From Phoronis australis (lineage: Eukaryota > Animalia > Phoronida): 64,000 bases of DNA. The DNA lies in NCBI GenBank assembly GCA_002633005.1, contig NMRA01000585.1, positions 198,802-262,801 on the forward strand, given 5' to 3'. The notes under the pieces were generated by a model. It was given only the letters and a program-made list of their open reading frames with translations, was not told the DNA's origin and did not search any database. Shown one piece after another: positions 53,201 through 64,000 of the stretch (position 1 is the stretch's first letter; each line of letters starts with the position of its first letter). The translations under genes and the position numbers were made by a program.

Positions 53201-56200
53201 ATAACATCAATTATTCTTTCAGATCAATGACAAATCAACTGTTAGTCCCAGTGAGTGCATAGCCATCAGGCTATGCTTGATGTTAATATTCTTGATCAAC
53301 AAATTAAACCAGATGTGGCTAATCCACCACTGTCAACTCGTCAACAATACAAGCAGATGACCTGGTCCGCGTAGAAAGTATTTTGATCAACAATTTACAA
53401 GAAAAAACGTAACCCTGCATTCAGCATAATAACTAATCCATAACACTACGATCGCCTCAATTTGGTCATGTTTACGTTTCATGTTTCAAACCTAGTTTTC
53501 CGAAAAAAATTAAATCCTTTAGTCAGACAACTCTTTGGCGCCTTAACTTGTTCTCTAATGTAATTTTCTACGTCTCTGTGGTTCATTGTCGACACATCAT
53601 TAAAATTTAATATCCAGGTTGGACTCGAAAGACCTGCTATTTAACTCACGCAATGTCTACTTTCGCTTTGTTTATCGCAGTGAGCCTCGCTTTGGATTTT
53701 AATGTCCGCCGCGTGAATAGGGTCTATAGTCTGAGAGCAGTTTTAAAATTAGTTGTAAGAAAAGTTTGAAAAACTTAATTCAGATGTTTTTTGTGTTTAG
53801 GATGTTTATAGTCGAAACGCCGTGATTCAATGGCATTTTCAGCGTATAGTTCTGCGGCTAGCTATTTTATCTCGACCGCCCGGCATTGCTCACTTGCCGT
53901 TGCGCCAAACATGCTCGGCAAAGAACTAGGCCTAAGACAAGAATCGGGGTTAAGCGGCTGTGAGCCACTCGTCAATCAAGAATAAAATTTCGAGCCAAGA
54001 CATAAATATGTGATAAAACGCCACAAAACAGCGATGTTTCAATTCATTCTTAAACGATCACCTTACCAAACTTCGTGGTGGAAAAACATTTATTTTTCAT
54101 GCAAGATGTCCAGATTATGCTATTATATCACTTGCAATATCGCACTGCGGCATTGTTCGGTCCCGCTGTTAGCGTGCAATGTCTCAGTCGACTGATAATC
54201 GTGACTTGGAAATGCCGTCAAGTAATATAACGGCCTCTTTCAATATATGTGCCTACGTGTGAGTCACCTGTCAATCACAAGTTGGTGTCAAGGTAACATG
54301 CACTGCAAACTGTGGGAACTTGCGCACGTGCACCAAAATGACTACAAAGTCACACATCAAAAGAGAATAGCCCTAAGTAACAAAAAACGGGCGTGACTAT
54401 GTACTTTTAAGCTGTTGTTACGAAAGACCCAGTTCTTTACGATATTCCTCCGTTGCCAATGTTATCCAAAACTGCGATGTCAAGTCTATTCCGATATTTC
54501 CCGGCTCGATGCTCCCTAAGCCCATGCCCATAGGTAGCTGCGTGCATCTCCTACCCACTATCGCCAATTTTCAGTCAGTCTACGTCGTGGATATTTCAGA
54601 CTCGAATGGTAAGAATTTTTGTTCAGGCTGAAACTGGCCAATGTATAAACAAATTTATTCTGGATGGCGAAAAAGGGGATGTGGAAACGATAACTGAATT
54701 CACACTTATGCTTATACGTGGGGGCTGACGCAAGAAATAGTAAAGAACAGCCAGCGACATTAGTTAAATCTGCTAATGCCAGTTTGACTGAGATGCAATA
54801 AGCGAAAAACAAAATTTGACTAGCAGTTTTTTATTACCTCAAGATCATATACAAACATACATTATTGCCAACCTTTGAATTCAGAAATCGATAGGCAGCA
54901 ACAAAATCGGTAACCCATTAAGGCACTTGTACTGTCTCTTCGGTCGCCACACACCGCGAAAGTTACATTCATCAAAACATTGAGAATTTGACATCTTTCC
55001 GTGAGTTGTGAGATTTGCTCAAAGTACGAGAGCTTCCCACCTTAATAGAATTTGGAGGGTTGGCAAAACCATTGTCACATTTCTGTGACCTTATTTTTTC
55101 GAATATGTGATTTATCTAGTGCACTGCAAACGGAAACTCAGCGCGACAGACAATGTCACTGAAAACGGAGGTTTTGAAGCCGGCGACGTTCTTCAACTTT
55201 GCAAATATGGGAAGAAAATAAAGAGACAAAAACCTTCAAGTATTATATTTTGAAATGAGTCCATGACCCTAGACAATAACTCGTTACTTGTATTGTAATT
55301 CACATTGCTAAACCACCGTCTGGGAGGCCCGGCTCTTTGCGCTCACTGTGATAATCGATCTTTTTCTAAAAGTTGGGGAAGCGCGTTTCCTTAGCACTGG
55401 GCGCTAAATCTTCATTCCTGAAAGTCGGGCATGGGCGCTTAACCGAGAGGTGGGTGCTTAACTGGAAATCTTCAAAAATCGCAGGGGTGCGCTTAACTGA
55501 GCAGTGGGCGGTTAAATCGAAAATCCACCTAAAGTAGGGGGTGGGCGGTTAACTGAGCATGGGCGTTAACCTGAACGTTTACAGTAGCTGAGTCCCCATT
55601 TGGGACTGTTTCATACAACCAAGCACAGAACACTTCTCCAATTTCAATCCCAGCCCAGGCATATCGCAATTTGACCTTTGACTCCAAAAATGAGGCTTGA
55701 AACAGTTAAGGCCAAGAAAAAATAAGCATAATTGATTCTGCTCTGCACCTGACTCGTTTTGTAACCTGCGCCTAACTGTTCAAAGAAAAATTCCCATCCT
55801 CACTGTTTTTAGTGAAGTTCCTTTTCTATGTTTTCAAAAAGCTACAAAAAAGTATCTAAGAAATTTTTTTTAAAACGAATTAGCTTGGCAACTCATCAAC
55901 AATCAACTATTTCATGACCTTAATTTGATTTGGTTTTGAATCGCAATGGTCACATTGTGTGACATGCTCACATCACACTTTTGGTTAGAATTCTTAATTC
56001 CGTTGTAATAAACATGGATCACATAGTTCCAAATATTTTTCGCAGCAATATATAAGTATGCCAAATTGACCAAAATAATTTTAAGTCACTAAAAAACCAA
56101 TACATCTGACTTCAACTGACCTTTGCTTTTTCATGATCTATATCTTTCCCTATAGTCATTAATAGCCTGCACAGACACTCCAAGCTGTGTTCATCCATGG

Positions 56201-59200
56201 ACTTCAAAAGTTTGTGCAAACAGTCATGCATGATTGCTTCTGTCAACATCTTTAACTTGAAGAGCTCTCCAATGAATCTGTGGGCAGAATTATGATGGAT
56301 TTAGGTCATGCTTCATCTAGAGGGTTATATACTCAACTTAACTTTTCACAGCTATTTTTTCAAAAGAAAATTTGCCAATGCCAAATAAATTTTGAAGACG
56401 TGAATAACATACTCTAGGTTGTAATCACTGAAATGCTCTAAAATTATTTGTCGATTTTCATGACATCATAGTGTTGAGGCATGGTATTCAAGATTTCAGG
56501 TGAAAAATACCATCTTTTTAATGAAGGGTATTGGTTGTAATTCACAGCTGCAAACCCTAGTACAACGCACGTCTCTCGTTTGACATTCCAAGCCCGGTCA
56601 TAATAAAATCAAAATTGTTTTGAATTTGAGTCAAATAAACCAAGACGACGAACAGTTTTAAGAGGCTGTTATATCAATCACAAATCAATGGGTACGCAAT
56701 TCATTAAAAAACTCATACATTTGAAAAAATTGGCCGCCTATACTAATGTAGGGTCCCTGGTCTTCCCTCACTTCTGGGCAGAGGCCCTCTATATTAATAT
56801 AGGAGCCCAGGTTTTTGGCAGCCTCTCATAATACTATAGAGGGTTCCACTCTTCCATCACCTTAGGACATGACCTCACAGAAAGCACTGCCGCCAGGCGA
56901 CAGAATGTTTATGACTGTGGCACTACCAGTGGCAAGTTGTTTTTTGAAACCACAGTTGTATCTCCTAAGTCCCTTACAGGATATTTGTACTTTATGATAA
57001 GAATATTCATTACATCCATGTTATGGTCACACGGAAAGTTCAAGGTCTTTGCTGCTTACAGTAGGACGGTAGATTTACCTAATGTGTGCCAGCGATCTCC
57101 GCTTGATTGTGTACATTTTTTCTTCCCAGGCTGCTTCAAGACTTTCCGTTGCAACCTCCTAGGGTGAAAAAGAACAATGTCATGAGACTTTCATCCTCTG
57201 CTAAGTGGTCTAAGGCAAAATCAGATCAAAATAAAGTTAATAAAACATTTGGACGACCAAAACTGAAAACTTGAGTTCAAGGGGAAGGCTGACATTTTTT
57301 TGGTTTTGTTTCGACTCAAAATTCAAATCTTGCACACATTTTAGCACAATTTTTCTGGCCCTTATACAAGACTATTACTTAGGGACACTATCTGTTTTGA
57401 CGCTGAAAAAAATTTCTTTTTGTGGGATCACTGTTGAATGGGATAATGTCATTTGATATGAAAGGCTTGAAGTTAAAGCAAGCTTTTGATGCTTCCCTTA
57501 GTATGAAAATGGCAGCTAACAAGGGTCACATTCGGAAAAAGTTTCAAGACTTCAGCTACTCAATCATTAATCAAACAATCAAATTATTTTTTTGTTTTCA
57601 GCTGAAGGTTCTTTAATGACAATTCTTTGATAGCTTGATGGGTGGTGGCTCGTTCCGAAGTCCCTCGTGTCAGGGCAACATCGCGTGTAGAAAGGAAAGT
57701 TGTAGATTTTGAAATTGATAACTGCAGTCAGTGGTTTGCTTCAGACTATCATCAGCCAACAACAGCTTCAAAGCAGTTTTGACAATGTGGACCAGACAGG
57801 TTATACAAAATGGTGTTCGGATTAGTGCAGTGAACCTCTTGATTCTCAGCAATGGTTTATACAACTTGTCACCGTTACTTGAGAGACAGTGATAATGGCT
57901 GTGCTAACATACTGCAACATAAACTAGAAGAGGAGTATACAATGCAAAACATTCTTACGTGCATGTGAGCAGATCCACCCTGCACTAACCTTTGGTTCCA
58001 TCTCATCTACATCCTTTTCAAACTCTCGCTGACACCTACTCAGTAGCAGCTTGCGGAAACCAATAATTTCATTTGGTTTGTCTTTTGACGGCACTTTTAC
58101 CTTGAAGCACAATATGGAAAGCCTACTCAACAATCACACTTTATTGTGAAGAAACTAACAGAACAAGGAAAGCAGGTAGCCTGATGTAAACAGCCTAGGC
58201 AATAGTCACTTACATAGGGTCCCGTATTTGAGAACCAGTATGATGCTTGTTATGCACAAGCCAATATTCTCTTTAGAAAATTTCACGTGCTCTTTTGCAG
58301 TTAAAACGAAACTTTTCAACTCCTTTTACTTCCCCATTTACACTGCCCCCTTGTGGTGGAACTTTAAAGTCATCAACCTTCAACAAGCTTAATACGTCTT
58401 ATCACAATACATTTAAGCATTTCTCGAGTTACTCCAAATTTGGGGAACTACAAGAATCTATACTCTACATAATTTTCAGTGTTGTAAGGCTACCCGGCGT
58501 AACCTTAATCCCAGTTTTATGACTCGCTTGTGTCAATCTTTAATCCTATAATCTTTGCCATCAACCAGTCTACCTTATATTTTCACTCACTCATTCATCT
58601 GTTGTGGATGCATTCACTTTTTACTGTTTATATGTAGTTCTGTTATTATAATCTTTTTTTGGTGTAATTTTATCTTTCTTTCATTAGATTATTCTGTATT
58701 GTTTTGTATGTGGACAACAGTAAAGTTCGCAGTATAAATATTCATTCATTCATTCACTCAGTGAAGAAAACGGGTTCTCAAAATGCGCAATCACTGTAAG
58801 TGACCGTTACCGAGCTTAATTATTTCTGTAAATATAGTGCAGATGTTGTGATATGAAATCTGACAATTGCTACAAATATGGTCGACTTTTACTGATACAT
58901 TAAATTCTTAGATCTGTTTCAGTAGTTTCTGTTGACTACTCCCAGTCTTTTCTGTGCAACAAATACAAAATGTATTGATGAAGCACAAGACAATTTTCAG
59001 AAAAAAAAAAACAAAAAAAGGGCGCAGGTGGCCTGATGTCATTTGTGGAGCATCAGACGTACGCAGGCCTCATGGTTGGGCCCATTGCACCAAACACCTG
59101 AGCTAAAAACACGAAAGCCCCGTTGTGGTTCTTAGTGAAGGAAGTGTTCAAGTCTGCCTGTCCCCTTTAAGAAACAGACAGACTTTTCCACTTATCGTCA

Positions 59201-61336
59201 TGCATTATATAGACAAAAACAGGCACCAGTATGTTATATTCATATTTGCACCATTTGTCTTGAATTTCCTTACCTCAAGATAGTACTAACTTCTAGGCTT
59301 GGAAACAACTGATAGATTGTTAAGGCCATGCCTGGTGATAAAATGACACACTGGCTCAAGCTAGCTCAAAGAACCTAGTCTCAATTAACTGTCAATTCAT
59401 TTCAAGACCAAACACCACTTCTCTTCTGAATATGAGGAACAATTCGAGACCAATAGAAGGGTAAATAGTCTGAATCAAGTTTTTTTGACTGAAAAGGCAG
59501 TGCACATTTATAGACCTTGCAAGGTCTTCACAGGTATTTAAATACACCAAATCATACACTACTCACATGCTCTTACTTTTGGTTATCTTACGCATTCAAC
59601 AGTTAATAATTTGTGGAGACATAATAAGCACAAAGTCAACCTTCACTCACCTGCATAAGATATTTGCATAAGTTTGCATAAGCTACACTGTAAAGCGGTT
59701 CTTTAATGGCCTTTTCAAACACAAGATCTACAGTGCCTAAGAGTCTCTCTTCTGTGTCGATGGTCTGGTCAAGAAGTTGGGTGACAAGAGATGAGAATTT
59801 CGTTGGCGTGAGTTTGTTTAGAATACTTCGCACTTTCCTGAACAAATCCTGTAAAATGCAGGACATGGCTTTTAAATTTTAAACAACTGCACAACAATCC
59901 GATATGCCAGTACATATAGCACTATGGCATCAAACTGTAAACAAACAAAAAATTATTTAGCACTATTATCAGCCCGTGATAGGTTCAAAGAACGAGGACC
60001 TTGTGGTTGCACACTTACAATTTACAGCTTTTCACTCAGAATATAATCTACATTCATCTGTGTGTTTAATCATTACAACCTCCTGATCAGTTAAACCTCA
60101 GACAACAGTGGTGTCCATCACAAGGATAAAAATCAGTTTATAAATATATATAAATCTCAAACTGGCATAGAAATGTATATCACAAACATTTCTAAGCCTG
60201 GTCAGCACATTGTTGAACATTCTCGTGGTCTCAATTTGTACAGCCCCATGAATCATGTCACTTACCTACCACGGTTCAAAGAGTTACTAAAACCCAATGG
60301 AACTACACTTTCATCAAGGGGTGCCACAGAGATATATGGCACGCCACTGTTGACCACAGAACACAAACCTAATGCATAGGTGTCTAATTTTTTATTGTAT
60401 TTCTTCAGGCAAACTAAGATCCTAACCAAACTACTTTTCACAAGCGAACATCAATTTCAGAAGTTAAACAGTTTTGAAAAATCACCAAGTAGTTGTAGTC
60501 CACACTCCACAATATTTCGATTAATACCTGGTAATCTTTGCCCGTTTATAAGTGCTGTCCTTCAAGTCATCACTAATGTCAAGAGCGTCAATGATAAACA
60601 GTCTTTTGATGACAGCTGTTCCTACTGTGAAATATGGGACAAGTTTCAAATGGCTGAAAGGGAGAACACCTCACAAAATATAATGAAATACCTCAGTTTT
60701 AATGACCTCTGAGTCTTCTTGCACATTCATCATGGCACTTCTAATTCTCCAGGGGTTCTCAGCATGGTGAAGTTGCACATTGTCCATGGGCAGAGTGATC
60801 GCCTTTGGGCCCCAGTCCCGCTCTTCAGATCGCCTGTCACCTCCCATACTTTTCTGGCAGCGATGGCTTTCAAATCACAGAACAGAGAAACGACAGTTCA
60901 CTGATAGTGGACTCAAAGAGACCGTACACTACAAATACTCGATAAATAGTCTATTCTGACACTACCCAAAACATCAACTCCAACCCCAAAATTCAGGGTG
61001 GGTTTGATGACCATGCCTAGGTGACACTGGACGACAGGATCAATACAAGACTTCTGTCTGGCACTCTCAGGCTCAGATTGTAGGCTAATTGAGGGCTGAT
61101 TACAGGTGCCTTTGGCTAGTGCCGTGGCTGTGCCTGTGTCAAGAGTCAGACAACACGACTAGTATTGTTCTCAGTAAATTGAACTCAACAGTTTCACACT
61201 GCGCCCGTGGACTTCACACTCTACCAGGGCCATGGGGGCTTACAGGCCTTAGCATTACGTAAATTCTATTTTAGAGTCGTTTTCAAGACGAATAAACACA
61301 AGTTTGTGCTTCGGTAATGTCTTACACTTCCGCCAT
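44235..61336 (-). CDS. Truncated eIF4G paralogue consisting of the MIF4G (HEAT-1) core only, ~345 aa
   Basis: Exons 61336-61326, 60866-60692, 59848-59651, 58100-57990, 57158-57079, 56277-56121, 46335-46231, 46039-45908, 44303-44235. All GT-AG and in frame (1038 nt). Motifs [62 protein letters not shown]. The first and last exons are the least certain. Confidence 0.85.
45908..46335 (-). CDS. eIF4G MIF4G C-terminal exons (46335-46231 and 46039-45908)
   Basis: [10 protein letters not shown]…[14 protein letters not shown] and [22 protein letters not shown]. Confidence 0.93.
51577..55584. mobile_element. Tc/pogo-like DNA transposon derivative with gggcggttaa subterminal repeats
   Basis: TA|ccgtaaacgttcgggttaacaccc ... 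gggcgttaacctgaacgtttacag|TA. Confidence 0.8.
52097..53727. mobile_element. Nested TIR element (ISL2EU/PIF-like termini)
   Basis: atagaccctattcacgc ... gcgtgaatagggtctat. Confidence 0.7.
56121..56277 (-). CDS. eIF4G MIF4G exon ([19 protein letters not shown]...[12 protein letters not shown])
   Basis: Near-identity to the metazoan eIF4G motif; canonical splice sites; missed by the ORF track. Confidence 0.95.
59651..59848 (-). CDS. eIF4G MIF4G exon ([15 protein letters not shown]...[10 protein letters not shown])
   Basis: ttttacag acceptor and CAG|gtgagt donor; clear MIF4G start of metazoan eIF4G. Confidence 0.95.
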
Positions 61337-61433
61337 GTTTATTGTTAGCTAGCGTCATCTATTAGTCGAAATGCAAACTAACTGATAGGGACTGGCATGA
61401 AACTCAAAAAATGAGGACGCGCAGCTAAATGGT

Positions 61434-61612
61434 TGTGATAACCGAATGTATCAACTAAAACGATCACATTTACGATATATGTATTTATTAGCACAACTAT
61501 GAGTATACATGTGTTCTGGCCAACAGCCAGACCCGAACTGGACCACGAGGTCTCTAACAACTTGACTAGACCGTCGAAGACACGCCCACTACATACTAAG
61601 ACAGTTACCTCA
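61434..61612 (-). mobile_element. 3' LTR (179 bp) of the Gypsy element
   Basis: Minus strand TGAGGTAAC...GTTATCACA, preceded by the polypurine tract aagaaaaggggag; internal AATAAA. Confidence 0.85.
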
Positions 61613-64000
61613 ACTCCCCTTTTCTTATGCTTGAACTACCTACAAATCCAATCTACTCGGGGGTTTTAATACACGCCCCGAACGACGCAATCCCCCGCCG
61701 GAAACATCAGTTCCGCTAACAGTGTCCGTTTGGCCAGGTATATGAGCCGACTCAGCCCCGAACGCGTCCCTGCAAACCTCCGGCTCAGCCTCAGCCACAA
61801 CACAGTCATTCACTATGGGTAACAAATGATCAATGTGGCGACGCACCACACATTGGTCATCTGACTGCAACTGGTAAGAGACTGGACCAGACCGATTCAC
61901 AACAGTAGCCTCTAACCAGTCATCACCACTGGCGAAATTTTTCGCCAACACTCGATCACCCGGCACGTTGAAAACACGATCACGCGATTCTTGGTCATGT
62001 GACAGTTTCTGCGGAAACTGTTTACTCGCGACCTGCCTGGTCTCATGGGCCAAACGTGAACGCATTTTCCGACGATGCAATATCTCGTAAGGCGGTTCAC
62101 CAGTGGTACTATGCGCGGAGTCAACCGGTACTACATCAACATTTTGTTTAGTCTAGTGTTCAAAGTTCCGCCTTGATCTTCTTCAACCCGTCTTTCATAA
62201 TCTGGACACTAGAGCTCGCTCGCATAGACCATTAGACGCCGGATGGTGGTGCGACTAATATCTGTTTCACCATATTACTTCCAGAAAATCTGCAAACTCC
62301 ACACTAGTAAAGCATGATCCATTGTCACTCACTATCATACGGGGTACACCGTGATCACCAAATGACCGCCGGTCGCGGCCGACGACGATGAATGGTTGAC
62401 GTGCACGTCAATCCATTTTGATTTCGCATCAATGACCACTAATAACATATTTCCCTCTATCGGGCCAGCGTAATCGACGTGTAAGCGTTACCAGGGTTCA
62501 CCAGGTTCTGTCCACGAGTGCAAAGGAGCTTCTGGCGGCGATTTACGACACTGGCAGCACTCGGAACAACCGCGCACCAATGACACTTTCTATCTCCTTG
62601 TCTAGATTAGGCCACCAAACATGGGATCTTGCCAGGGCTTTCATTCGTGAAATGCCCAAATGAGCTTCATGCAGCTCATTCAAAACACGAGAGCGGAGCG
62701 ATGGGGGTATCACCACGTACACGACATCCCCACAACAAACAACTATCTTACTCAATTCATTGCAACGGTAGCTCGGTACGGACGGAATTTGTCATCGCAT
62801 GCGTTGTCTGGCCACCCAAATTTTACAAAATGTAACACTTTCGACAACGTTGGATCCCTTGCAGTTAAGCGTTTCACTTCGTGTACATTGCTCCGACGTA
62901 TTTTCCAGTTGACCCTTCAACCAATTTACGTGGCCTGGGATTTTAGAATTCTTTGGAACGTCGCTGGCGGGCACTGAAACGACTGAGGCCGTCAGCATTT
63001 GCTAATTTCTCACCCGGTTTATATTTGATGGTATACTTGTACGCCGCGGCTGACAAAATCAGAGACCAGCCCTTTACCTGTCAGATGCCATCTGTGGTAT
63101 AGCTTTATCCGGGCTAAAAATGGTTAGCAATGGTTTGTGGTCCGACTCGATTGAAAATTCCTGTCCATACAGGAACTGATTGAAATGTTTGAGTCCAAAT
63201 ACTATCGCAGACCCTTCTTTATCTAACTGACTGTAGTTCTTCTCGGCTGTCGTTAACTGAAGTTCGCGACACCATCGCTGAACGTGTGCGAAATAACAGC
63301 ACCAAGGCCATACGGCGACTGGGCATCGCATGCCAACACTATAGGTTTGGACTGATCAAAATGAGTCAACACAGTCTCTGACGACAACATAACTTTAGAC
63401 TCGCGGAAAGCACGATCTTCGTCCTGTGACCAAGTCCACGCTACGTTTTTAGGCCTACGTAGTAGCCTATACAACGGTGCCAATGGGGTGGATGCCTTCC
63501 GTATGTATTTACCATGATAGTAGTTCACCATATCCAGGTACGTTCGGAGCTCAGTAACGCTTCTCGGTACGGGGGCGTCACGAATCGCACGAATTTTCTC
63601 ATCCGTCGGATGTAGTCCATCCCTATCTATTCTGTGCCCCAAGTATACAATTTCATCTTGCAAGAAATATCCTTGTTTAAACGCAAACCAGCGTCTGATA
63701 GTTTAGGCAGCACAGTTCTTAAATTTTCAAAGTGTTCCTGCCTGTTTTTGCCCGTGACCACAATGTCATCCAAATATACCACTACTCCAGGTATACCTTG
63801 CAACAATGTATCAATGGCGCGCCCGGCTGCCAAATACTCGGGCTCGAGTGTATTCCAAAAGCAAGACGGTTGTATTGATACAACCCCCGGTGGGTATTAT
63901 AGTCAAATGTTCCTTTGACGGCTCGTCCACCGACATTTGCAAATATGCATTACTCATGTCCAATTTTGAAAATTGAACGCCTTGTCCAAGCTTCGCCTGA
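61434..64000 (-). mobile_element. Ty3/Gypsy LTR retrotransposon, frameshifted pol (RT-RNaseH-integrase); continues beyond the window
   Basis: YLDDIVV, YLGHRI, LACDA..YGLGAV, NYSQLDKE, SDHKPL, HEAHLGISRMKALARSHVWWP, HVDYAGP and SDNG motifs. Confidence 0.97.

Larger units (their letters stand above)
51178..55625. mobile_element. Harbinger-like MITE split by a 4-kb insertion
   Basis: Same family as 32270-32612; interrupted at gaactTA|...|TAgctgagtccc. Confidence 0.75.

Overview
Eukaryotic, intron-rich, repeat-dense DNA, most likely from an invertebrate animal. Most short entries in the ORF track are spurious; the real genes only appear when spliced by eye. (1) 1-7067 (+): 3' half of a PICALM/AP180 (lap/unc-11-type) clathrin-assembly gene, with many symmetric phase-1 exons and probably a long 3' UTR. 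(2) 61336-44235 (-): an intact 9-exon, ~345-aa gene encoding only the central eIF4A-binding MIF4G core of eIF4G. It has no PABP site, no eIF4E site and no MA3/W2 domains, and starts ~100 bp downstream of a Gypsy LTR. (3) 39149-32063 (-): an intact 6-exon, ~539-aa chimera in which a TRIM RING/B-box/coiled-coil module is spliced in frame to eIF4G N-terminal exons. These carry a PABP-binding motif (RRERKPLLIVNPKTGK) and the eIF4E-binding motif (YDREFLL plus the downstream non-canonical segment), but no MIF4G. Two perfect NF-kB sites lie upstream of it. The two neighbouring genes therefore hold complementary parts of eIF4G, which suggests a candidate immune-inducible translation-control system (an E3-ligase/eIF4E trap plus a cap-independent core). 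That function is inference. The rest is nested transposons (Gypsy, a solo LTR with heat-shock elements, a CR1/L2-type LINE, hAT, Kolobok/THAP, Tc/pogo-like elements, MITEs) and minisatellites. All exon calls are manual and need RNA-seq confirmation.
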